NCBI GenBank assembly: GCA_002633005.1
Contig: NMRA01000106.1
Coordinates: 477,655 to 541,654 of the forward strand
Direction of reading: 5' to 3'
Origin: Phoronis australis
Lineage: Eukaryota; Animalia; Phoronida
DNA length: 64,000 nucleotides
Under the pieces are notes generated by a model. The model was not told the DNA's origin. It saw only the letters and a list, made by a program, of their open reading frames with translations, and did no database searches. The position numbers and the translations under genes are program-made. Position 1 is the stretch's first letter; every line of letters starts with the position of its first letter. This document shows, piece by piece, positions 1-11,423 of this stretch.

Positions 1-619
1 CTTAGATATGAACAGAAATTATAAATCTTTAGGAAAAAATTCTAAAAATACCTGGTGAGCAGGTTAAATTCTGTTTCAGTGACAGAGAACCACTTTCAAT
101 ATTGCAGTTTAGTCTGTTTATCTTGCTCCAGGATTCTTTAAAAATTCAAGACAAAACCTAGCATAACAACAGCAAAAGAAGTATCAGACAAGCATTTCTT
201 ACAGAATCATTAAGTCTATTGTGTTCTAAAAAATGCTATGCCAAGTTATTATTCAGATAATAATCTCTGTGGTAAAAACAACAGATGTTACAATGTGAAG
301 TTACCATCACTTTTTACTGATCACAGATTTGAAAAAATACAACGCTAAAATAGCATACATATACATTTATTTATAAGTGAGCCACAAAAATTCTACATTG
401 TTGTAAAATACTCTGTATACAACTGTAAATGGTCACAATCACCCACCAAAATCTCAGGAAAATTGTGAGTTAACTTATTCCCAAAAAGGACACTGCCTAC
501 AATTTCAAAGTTTCCTACTGAGCAGGAATTTTCCAAAATGTGAAAACAATACAGGGTTTAGTTCAGAAAAATACAAATTCAAACAAAAAACTGAAGCACA
601 TTGATCAGTTTAAAGATGC

Positions 620-686
620 TTAGTCATCTCAAAGTTTTACCAGACACTGGTACGTTTAGTCATCACAAGGTTTTACCAGACACTGG
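620..686. repeat. Short tandem duplication (~36-bp unit x2)
   Basis: TTAGTCATC(T/A)CAA(A/G)GTTTTACCAGACACTGG occurs twice in tandem. Confidence 0.8.
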
Positions 687-2652
687 CTTGGAAAATTTCA
701 CCAAAACAAACCCTGCTATGTCCATGATACAAATTCTTAAAATGAGACAAGTGCTCTTTAAAAATTACAGGAAAAGACTGTAAATATGATGTCTACAATC
801 AAACATTAATTCATATAGCAAGCAATTGAAGAAATCCAGTGAGTAACAAAGACCTTTTTAGCAAAAACACATGATCCTATAATTGTTATCTACGATAGCA
901 AAACATTTTATTAAGTAGAAAAAAATATGGCTTGAGGAAATTACACACTTCGCATTTGATTACATAACACTGTGCAAATTAAGTACAAAAATCTTTCAAC
1001 TGAAAGGGTGAAAATACAATTCTTTATTTCAAATACTTAAACTTAAGATACAAAGATATGATTGTAAGAAACGGTTTCAACTTACAGACAAGTTGGCATA
1101 GTTTTTCAGTTAACCACAAACTTGGCAAACTCAGTGTCCACTGTCTACACAATCAAAGCCCCCAGTGTTTACATTAAAATTACCTCAATCAGAAAAGTAC
1201 ACAATTCAAAAACCCTGCATAGAGTGTATAAGAAATACTGTTAAACTAATGCACAGTAAACAGTTGAATAAACACACATGGAATGTCTATGACTATAAAT
1301 AATGGCAATGTATAATGTGGAATGTTGGTGTTGAAGTCTCTAAAAGCAAACCAAAACAAAAATGTATGCCCACAACTTCCAAACACATCTAGAGAACACA
1401 GATTCTCGCACCTAACAGCTAAAGGAACATTGGCTAGCAAAAAACACACCATGTCAGCAAATAGATGAAATGTGAAAGAAGTTAATATATACCAGAAAGC
1501 TAAAGAAAATGCTTTATGTTGAGAAGAAAGTATACAAGAAATTCTATTTGTGTGGAAGTCAGAATGGCTGATCAATACTGAAAAGAAGTCACCCCTTGTC
1601 AGGCAATAGGACTGTCCCGGATTACACAACGATACTCGAATCTCACTGTTTTTACCCACAATGCTAAAAACACCTGACAGGCACATTTGCTACCTCGTTT
1701 TCGTGCCACTGGAGTTTCACATGTTATTTGTTGTTGTCTGATTCTTTACAGCTTTTTCTCAGTTGCATTACTCTATTCGTTCTTCTAATGTCAACGAAAT
1801 ATAACTGCTGTGCTGTGGGCTGCAACCCGATGTGAAAAAGTTTGATAAACTGGACAAATATGCATGGATGCATGATCTGCAATTCTTCAGCTTTTAGACA
1901 TCAATGAGAGATGCCAAAATTTGCCTGATTTCCAAAACGAAGTCAAGCTCTTTCTTATCTCCTTGACAAAGGAGAGTTATATCTTCGTGTACGTCAGGAC
2001 GGCCCTATTAGAGAATCATGGTTGGTACTTTCTATTACAGCAGAAACGTGGAAAATTGACCATTTGAATTATTCTAATATACTGTAACTCATTGCTACAG
2101 TAGGTTTTAAAAAAAATAAACAAAATCTTGCCTACATTGTCTAGATATCTGGATGTTACAGCAAAGATAGTGAAAGAAATGTGAAAAATGCTATTTGTGC
2201 AGATCTAGCACTAATTTTCACTCCAAAATTGTATCCATCCACAGGATCTTATTCCTTATTACATTCATTTTGTCAATTATATGTAACCTGTTTGCTCCCA
2301 ACATTCAACCATCAATCATAACTGACCTGCCACATCAATTAACCAAACCCTTCCCAACAGAAGACTTGTGAAGCAACGGTGATTAGACACGCAGGAATTG
2401 TGACTCATAGATTAATTGACAAGGAGCACATTAACTTCACAAAATGTGCATGCACTTTGCTCCCCATAGACGGCATAAAGATATCAGTCATTAGATCCCA
2501 AGAGTGTGTCATAACCATGAACTAAATAAGACTCGCTGTACAACTAGAGTGATTACTGATCTCACATGATTAGTCACAGTTGCTTCACAGAAGTCTAAAA
2601 CCATACATCAGTTGCTGATGACCTGCTCAATTATGAACTAATTTATCAATTA

Positions 2653-5600
2653 TCAATCATACATGATGCGTCCACTCCTGGCACTACGTGGAGGACTCTT
2701 TGATCTCGTCATGCTCCGGGACATTGATCTCATACTGTCGGCCATCTTGGACAAATCATCCCACTTCTTTGCCTGCACTCTCATCTCAGATTCTTTCAGA
2801 TGTTCCAGTTGCCCGATGTCACTCTGCAGCGTGTGGATGTGAGAGCGCAGACGAATAATCTCCTGTTCTTTCTCCGACACCTGAAAATATAATTTCTTCT
2901 TAAGACTCAAAATCTTGAAAATAACTTCAACACGAAGTAGTTACACCAGGCTATAATAATAAGTGTCAATAGATGAATGCTCAAACTCGCCGTGCCATTC
3001 AAAGCAGAGATAAATAAATCATAGGCATTCATTCAAGTCTCTACACTTGAATTAGCAATCAAAATAACTTTGATCACCGCAGGATTACACTTTCTCAATA
3101 GTACATCTAATAAACACTTGCTTTTTACAGATAGGAAACAATAGCATAAGATAAAAACACTCCATTTTCTCAGCATTTGAACATAGAGCTACTGGTCATT
3201 ACCTGCTTCTGAAGATCAGCAGTATGGTCAACCAACAAAGCTTTGTCCCGTCTGAGCTGAGCATTGTCGTCCTCTGTGTTTCTGTGAATACTTTCAAGTT
3301 CTGTAAGTCTACTGCGTGTAGTGTTGGCAGTCAGTTCAGTTGAGGCAGCGTGGTTTTCAGTGTGAGCAAGCTGTGAAATGCAATGATTGGGACAACATTT
3401 AGGGGTCATAGAATCAAGGTCATGAAATCTGAAATAACCTAACGGTTTAAAAGTCTTTAAGTCAAAATAAATTCAGGAATAACCCCTGACTGGTTCGCGG
3501 TCTAAACGCTTGACAGCATGGCTGCTCCTTGTTTAGGATGGAAACTTCAACATATTTTGCAACACTTTTGTTACAGCTTGAATCTCATTGTGTGAGACAA
3601 ATTGGTAGAAGTTCAAGCATATATTCTGGGCAATGAGAAGGCACTACATGTCAACAATGTTGACTGACAATAAAAACATGGCAACAGCCAATCGGAGTTT
3701 AACAGTCTCTAGTTTACATACTAAAGAGACTGTACAAGAATCTGGAATAACCTCTCTACAATGGAAGGCTACAAACAGTGAGCATTACAGTACACAAAAA
3801 TATTGAGAGTGCATACATATCAACCGCGAATAAGAAGAGAAGCGAGACAACTTTTCCAAAATATTTTAAATAAGTACAGGAAGGAACTATTAATTTTTGA
3901 ATTCAGAACATTTTGATATGATAAACATTAGGACTAAGACAACCTCTGCAATAATAAATCAGATGTTCACCTTTTCAGCCAGCTGGCGAGCACGTTCCTG
4001 TTCCCTAGCTAGACCATCTTCAGTCTGTCTCAATTTGAGTGACAATGAGCTTTCCCGCTCCTTAGTAACAGTCAGATCAGAGGCGAGTTGAGACCTTCTG
4101 TGTTCTACAGCATCTCTCGTTTCACGCTCCTGAAATATGACGAGCCTTAGAAAGCAAATATATATTGTGAGAGCCTTACAGTTAAGGGACTTATACCTCC
4201 ATACTGTCATCACTTACAATGCAAATTAACAAAAGTGTAAAAATGTTATCAAGTTTTGATTTTTCACATTTCAAATCAGAAAGCTTTAAAGTTGCAATAA
4301 ATTCAGTACGTTTGACCATCAAAAAACTAACTTTTGATTTACTTGATCAGATGAGGAATCATTACTAGCTATGGGAGAAGTGACAGTTCAGTAGTGCTTG
4401 CGGCCATGGTCGTCACATGACCATGCACGTCACATGGCCATGCTCGTCACATGACCATGCACGTCACATGACCATGCTCATTGCATAAAACGACATGTCG
4501 AGATTTGCCAACTCACCAAAGCAATAACAAAATGTTTTTCCCAAACCTGTAAATCACCCCTAATACGAGTGAGGAAAAAGTAAGTGTCAGAAATATAGTG
4601 GTCTCAGATTATTTTTTGGCAGAAGGCTGGTTTATGCAACTTCAATAAATACTTTTCCTAGCAAATTAGTGTGAAACATCTTACACAAGGTACAATATAT
4701 TTTGTTTGAATCATGAAGTAAAAAAACAAGATAAAAATCTTACTCTATCGAGAGTTTTCGATAAATCGCTGTTCTGTTGAACAGCCAGTGTATTTTCTTG
4801 GTGAAGGTGAGCATTATCGTCAGCCAATCGAGCGCGAGCTAAGCGGTCTTCCTCGGCACGAACCTCGAATTCTTTCAGCTTGGCTCTAAGTTGACGGATT
4901 TCATCCTGTTGGAAACAGCCAACTCAGTGAAAAGAAGGTACTAAGTAGTCAGTTGGTGAAAACTGTTCCCAGCTTGTGATTCTCAACTAAATTCAAAAGT
5001 TTTTAATGAAACCCCAATGAGCACACATTTGAAATGTATTGGCAGTTCATAAAACTCACAAAAAGAGTACAGTGAAGTGTGATTCAGGCCTCACACTACA
5101 GCCAAGAATCTAACTAAAGCCAGTGAAATATTTTATTTCATTTTCAGCCACAATGAGTAAGGAGCGAAGAAAAACCATAAGCATGCCTTTTCAACTGATT
5201 TGAGTGTTTAAATCATTGTGTCATAAAGCATATGGATCAATTGACAACTAGCTGTACACAATTATCTTAGTACAAATTACTGTAAAACCTCGAGTAGTGC
5301 ATACTGAAAATCATTGTTTCATGTTATAGGGTAAAACCACTTTGTTTTCATTTTTAATACCATTACAAGTTAGCATTTCAAATTACACACAACACTAAGG
5401 AACAAACGGAGTCCACTCACTGTTTCAATCTGAAAAGCCATCACAACTAACTGGACTCATTTCATTTTTGAAATTTACAATTTTGGCTTGACCTAAGTAG
5501 TGACCTGTCATGTAATTGGCACCAACCTTAAGCTCGGCAACTGTGCGATCATGAATGACGACAGTGTGGTTATAAAACTTGTCCTCTGTCTCGCGGAGAG

Positions 5601-8600
5601 TTTGCTCAGTACGAGCCACTTCAGCGCGTTTGTCCTCCAATGCTGCACTTGTCAAGTTGTGTTGCTCTATTTTTTGATCCAGCTATACAAAAGGCAAATG
5701 CAATCACCATTTGAAAAATAGAAATTTCCTATTATGACAAAAGATTTTGCCAAATTGAAGAGCAATTACAGAGTATTCTTTTAAGACTTAGACACCTCAC
5801 ACTCATAGATATGTGACTGGAACAACTACTCATCGAGTAGTCCATTGCTGACCCAGAAAAGTTGACCTATTTTACATCAAATGATCCCACTAGTGCTAAT
5901 AGTTGTAGGAAGTTTCAATGGCAATAACATGAAGTGGCAGTGGGCATTTGTTTTTACAACATCAAGCTTGTGAAGTTATCTCTGTTCAAAATGCAAGTCA
6001 GAACAATCAACAATTAAGGTGGATGTACATGTATGTACAAAGTAAGATTACAAAAAGTTTTTCTTTTCTGCTGAAATTTTGATTAATCAGCACGATATAA
6101 CCTAAAATGTTGATTCAAAAATCAGTTGCACATTTTCCCAATAGGGTGTATGGCTGAGCCTATCGAAACCATACCAGTGTAGCTCAGCATTGCAAGAAAA
6201 GCATGTGACAACACTTTTTAATAGTTACTTTGCGAGATTCTGGTGTCTACAGAACTCAGCCCAGCTCTTCATGGAAACAGAGATCAACCCTTTTAGGCAA
6301 AAGTTTACAAGACTAATTTCAGGGTCATACAGAAATATTCCACATTTTCAACATTGTGAGGTAACTGAAATACAACTAGTAAATACGTCTAAGAAATGCT
6401 TTGAAAATCAGTAACAGCACAAAAGCAATAGATGACTGTCACTCCGAAAATTCCACTGACCTGACTCCTCAACAGAGAAACTTTATTCTCAGCAGCCCGC
6501 AATGCCGTAGAAGTTCGTTCAAAGTCCTCACGAGCTGTGAGGATATCTGAAGATTTTCTGTTAGTTTCACGTGTCAACAATTCATTATCCTTCTTCAGCT
6601 GTATAATCTCATCCATAAGGAGGCGCTTTTCACGAGCATTAGCGGCTGAAATCACATTGACCACAAAAGGGTAAATCTCAAGGGCATCAAATCACGGATT
6701 TTTTTGTCAAAAAATCCACCCTCTTTTCAACCAAACACAAAACCACATTACACCTTAAAAATATAAAATTCGCTTTTAACCACAATACAATTCACAGCAT
6801 TCGATGCAAATTGCACAGCATTCATTGCAAATTGCACAGCACATGCTTACACTATGACCCAACATTTGATAATAAATAATATCCTACTTTTTGGCAGAAA
6901 GACAGGTTAAAAAAATCAAACCTCAACAAAATTTTAAGATGTTTTTGATGGTAGTCGAATGGGTGTCTTGGACAGCCTCTATGAGAGAGGCTATAGTGAC
7001 CACAAACCTCATATTTTTGCTCCAAATAGACCCGGGCACTAACCTCTTTTCTTGAAATCAAAATCAAAATTATTTTCTTTGAATTTCTGTTCTACTTTTG
7101 TGCTGTCTCTTGCACTTGATGATCCCTATATTAACACCATAAACTCGAGTAAAAACACAAAATTTTGAGTTCCGACTTGAACTTTTAGCCTTCATGCTGG
7201 GGTCAACAAGAGCAAACTAGGATTAGAAAGTTATCCATGTTAATAACAAAGTTCTCGAGCACAGACTAACAAACAGTTATTCACCTACGCCGTTATGTAA
7301 CCAAGTATAGAATAATAGACACTGATCTTGAGTTTTCAAACAGTAGAACAGAAAATGCGGAAAATAATTTTGAGTAAAAGATTAGACCGCGGACCCATGT
7401 GACTGAATATTGTCAAAGATGTGAGAGAACAGACAGTACCTTCCTCTTCAGTAAGTCGCTCAATCACTCGTTGTTTTTCAGTGCTTATCAAGTCGATGTT
7501 AGCCTCTTTCCGGTGGTTTTCCAGGGTCAATCCATCCACTTCATTTTGTAATGACTATTAATAAAAATAATGAAATAGTGAATAAAATATACACCCCAAC
7601 TGGTCACTTTCCTTTGAACTGCCAGTCAGTTAAAACCTGAATCGCTTGCAGTAACTTTAAAAAGCCTTCCACTGTTATTGAAGTGTTATTGTGGTCTGGT
7701 GTGGAAAGACTTAGGACCATGTTGTAAATAAGCTCTTGGCTTACACAACTGTTTCTGTAAGAAAAACAGCTTTGCCTGAGTGGAGCTGGATGCTTCACTA
7801 TACAGAAAAATCCAGAAAATTGAATTAAAGTCGACATCAAGACCCATGTGAAATGAGGAAAAAACTGCAGTTAATATGGATTGTTTGATGCGACCGCATC
7901 AGGGTAATGTATATACGAATACCAAGTGAAAGGTGTATACTTACAGAAGAAATGTAACACAAATGCATAATTTATAATAATGGTGACATCGGCATGAATC
8001 CCTTTGAGGTAGGCAACCTTCAATCTCAGTTTTGGCGACCTAAGATTTTCGCTAAGTCACCTTTAGCAAATTAGCGTTAAGGCACTGTTAAACACAGTTA
8101 GTAATTTACATTGTGAATTTAAAACGCGGACTTAACAAATGAAAACATGAAGACAGAAGACAGTGAACTGAGACATATTGTACATGGCATATTGTACATG
8201 GCATATTGTACATGGCATATTGTACATGGCATATTGTACATGGCATATTTGGTTTATATTGTACATGGCATATTTTTACTTCTCTCAGTTTAAGTATTTT
8301 ACTTTACATTACTGATGAATGGTGCATCGCTGAGTATTTGTTTTTTATTAATGTGTATATTTGTCATTTTATCTTTGATTAGTCAAATACTTTATTCAAT
8401 AATGACGAGTAGCTCTTAACAATCCAATACAAACCCTGAGTTTAGACAGCATGCGCTCAGCCTCTGCAGTCATACGAGGGTGAAGCTCTGTAGCCTTGCG
8501 TGATGACTCTCGCAGGTGATTCGCCTCCAGCTCCAAGAAGTAGATCTGCTGCTGGAGATTCTTTATGTACTCTCCTTCCACTCCAGAGAGGTCCTCGCGA

Positions 8601-10700
8601 CTAGCACTACGACTGAGTGATCTACGACCACTAAAGGGTGAAAAGAAATCTTAGCTTCATCACAACATATTGACACCTCAAATGTCATTATTCTGATTTA
8701 TAGTTGCTGTTATCACAGTATCCATTTTAAAAGAAAGAGTGGCTGCTTGATGCATTCATGTTGATTGTCAATTGGATAAATGTCTTTACTTCAACAAGCT
8801 AAAAGTAACCAAGGCAATCATTCATGAACATGACACTGTGTATAATGCATTGCAGACCTCTTGGAACACACTTAGAAATGGTTAATTTGAGAACCAGTTT
8901 AACAAAATATGCATCACACAACAGAATTTTTCAACAGATAAGGTAGTTGCAATTGGCTAGTAAAAGTACAGATGTCGAGTTACAACTTGTCAAAGTCAAG
9001 CTGACTTACCTGCCATTGAAACTAGCAGCCAAATTCCCAGAACTTTTCCTCAGACTTGACGAGCTGGCTATATAAACAAGAGAAAACGATAAGTAACAAT
9101 ATAGTAATTGGATATAATACACATTTATGACTTTATGACAGTGGAAGAAAATAAAAATTCAAATTTCATCAGGTGAAGCCATTAAAAATGAAAGGGAGTG
9201 TGTCCATAGCAGTGTTTCTCCTGGGTTTCAAAAAAGAGCGCGATGGTAGATGGTTCCAGTGAGATGCAAAACGCGTTGTCGCAAGTGAGTAAAGGAAGTG
9301 GGAACCCCCCATTGCATGGACTTCAAAATTAGCGTGGTGGTAAATGGTCGCAGTGCATGTGGAGCCCAGCGGTGTAAATGAAGTGTCATTGTGTGATCTC
9401 AATGCACAAAGAGTTCTAGAAACAAATTTCAATCGTCCAATTAAAATTGCGTTTAACACACTTAGAAGCAGACATGCCAGAACAGCGCTTCAGACTACAA
9501 GTTAAAATTGAATGTTCCAGCTCTATGAACCTATGAGGAAATAAAAAGAATATTTGAACTTGTTTAGACCTGATTAACTAACTTGTATAATTTATAATGA
9601 AACTTCTGTTAACATTGTTTAGTATATTCTTGCTTGATGTAAATTAGTTGGATCAATGTTAGCCGGTAAAGCTGCAGACAACTCGTGATTACTAGAGTGG
9701 TCTTGGTTCATTAAACTATTGACTATTATGAGCAATATAAATCACATTGTTGAACGGCCTTTTTAATAAATGTGAACACAACAAAAATTTACCGTTTCTC
9801 CACCCATTTCATCAGTGTTCACTGACACTTAAGAAAATTAATGTCAAGGTCGCTGCCTGGTCCCCAACTGTATTCAATTGCTGTGCATTTTTGATAACCA
9901 GACAGTACCAGATGCTGATTAGGTGGGTCACTAAGAGCAGTCAAGGAAGGAGGGATAAAATGATTACATTTGACAGGGGGAAAGTTCAAAGTCTGATTTT
10001 AAATCAAATTGCTTTTTACCACTCCATTCACAAACATCGACAGTAGCCATCTCTCTTATGTACTGCGTAGCTATGAAGTGTTCAGGTGAGTGACGGTCAA
10101 TTTGGGCGAGATTGTGAGTGGCTGGACCAAAGAAGAGCCTGCTGGGCCGTCCAGATTTTTACACGCAGGGGAAACACTGACATAGTAATAAATAAGAATG
10201 AAAAGATGAATTTCAAAACTGAACTGCAAGAAAACACTCAACATGTGTTCAAGAACTAAAAACATTATAGAACTTTAATTTGTATTCATGAGAGACACAA
10301 AATAATTAAATACAGGTTAAATCAAACAGTAAGGCAAAAACCAATAAAGCAACAAAGCCAAAGGTAGTATTATTTGCAAACAAACATTTTGAAGTGAAAT
10401 TAATTATTGAAAAGAACTGAGCAGTATCATGCATGATACACATTAATGGTCAAAGACAAGTTAGGATTGAAGCCATTCACAAATAAGCAATGCCATCTCA
10501 AAAATGATAACAAACTGCTAATATTATTGGCACGCACTACCTAACTCTAAATATTCTGTGAGATGACTGGACTCACCTCTCAACGAATTACGACCCCTAG
10601 AAGGGGAGGGCGATCGAGAGGATCTTAGACTACGGGTCCACTGCGAAGTATCGGGATCTTGGCTTCCAATGGGTTTGGTGATCTCTCTACTCAGAGGCAT
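2653..10700 (-). CDS. Uncharacterised long coiled-coil protein, 10 exons, ~516 aa, Arg/Ser-rich N- and C-termini
   Basis: Phase-consistent GT-AG exons in transcript order: 10577-10700 (ATG, MPLSREITKP...), 9010-9067, 8435-8630, 7440-7554, 6461-6645, 5527-5682, 4744-4905, 3971-4129, 3203-3370, 2653-2880 (stop). Total 1551 nt, open throughout. Heptad-rich text (EYIKNLQQQIYFLELEANHLRE..., LRETEDK, QLRRDKALLVDHTADLQKQ). No gene name recognised. Confidence 0.85.
4412..4479. repeat. 17-bp tandem repeat x4 containing E-box GTCACATG(A/G)C
   Basis: Units GTCACATG(A/G)CCATGC(A/T)C start at 4412, 4429, 4446 and 4463. Confidence 0.9.
7029..7396. mobile_element. Degenerate MITE copy, same family as 42735-43146
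   Basis: Collinear blocks shared with the 42735 copy: AAACTCGAG..GAGTAAAAAC, GGGTCA.CAAG.GCAAACTAGG.TTAGAAA, ATAGAATAATAGACACTGA, GAGTAAAA.ATTAGA. Confidence 0.7.
8174..8275. repeat. 14-bp minisatellite (CATATTGTACATGG) x~6
   Basis: Five perfect units plus one interrupted unit, read directly. Confidence 0.95.
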
Positions 10701-11423
10701 TTTGACAAACTCTCTACTTATGAATTATCTGCACAAAACTAGGTCGATTATTTAAGCGAAGTCGAACTTTGCTGTGTAAACTGTCAAACAACTTTTCCGG
10801 CAGAACTCGTTCGTGTAACAAGTGGTCGTTAAAATAGAAATTTATGAACTGAGAAACTTAAACGGTTTACACTGCAAACAATACTTTCGTCTACCAACCT
10901 CCGAGCGATTTGCTGGGTGACTTGGAGCGTGATTTTCTGCCAAAAGTTGAACTAATTCGGGACATTTTCAAACGCTCAACTCGGAGAGGCAAAAACGACG
11001 CCAACTAGCGTTGGGACGGTAACAATCAAGTCAATATGCGTTTTAGAGGATAACTTCGGATAAAGCTTTGTAAACCAATGACTAACATTTAAATCATATT
11101 GAATTAATTTACATATTTAAAATAAAAAAAATTAATTAGAGCACTTTTAAAGTTGCAATTATTTTTTATTTTGTACAGTATTTAAATTTATCTAGTGCTA
11201 CGTAGGCAATTCACGCAAAAAAGTTGAACCAGACACAAGCTCTCGACTATTCTCCACATAAAGTAATTTAAACAAACCATAAGCTATATTCCATAATACC
11301 TCTACATAAATTTAGAATTGTCTCGTTTCGTTCTAAAATTATATTGGTTTATTCACATCTTAACGTAAATTACAGAAAGTAAGATTGAAAACAAGTAGCG
11401 ACCTTGACCTTCCAGAGGCACAA
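10701..11423. promoter_or_regulatory. Putative bidirectional promoter between the coiled-coil gene and VPS11
   Basis: Divergent ATGs lie 723 bp apart. X-box-like GTTGGGACGGTAAC at 11010-11023; nuclear-receptor-like GACCTTGACCT at 11400-11410. Confidence 0.6.

Noticed and set aside
1246-1686. 146-aa minus-strand ORF
   Set aside because: T-rich, Phe/Leu-biased with no motif; lies in the probable 3' UTR or flank of the coiled-coil gene.
4412-8275. Short repeat arrays as CRISPR
   Set aside because: No unique spacers; eukaryotic context; simple minisatellites.
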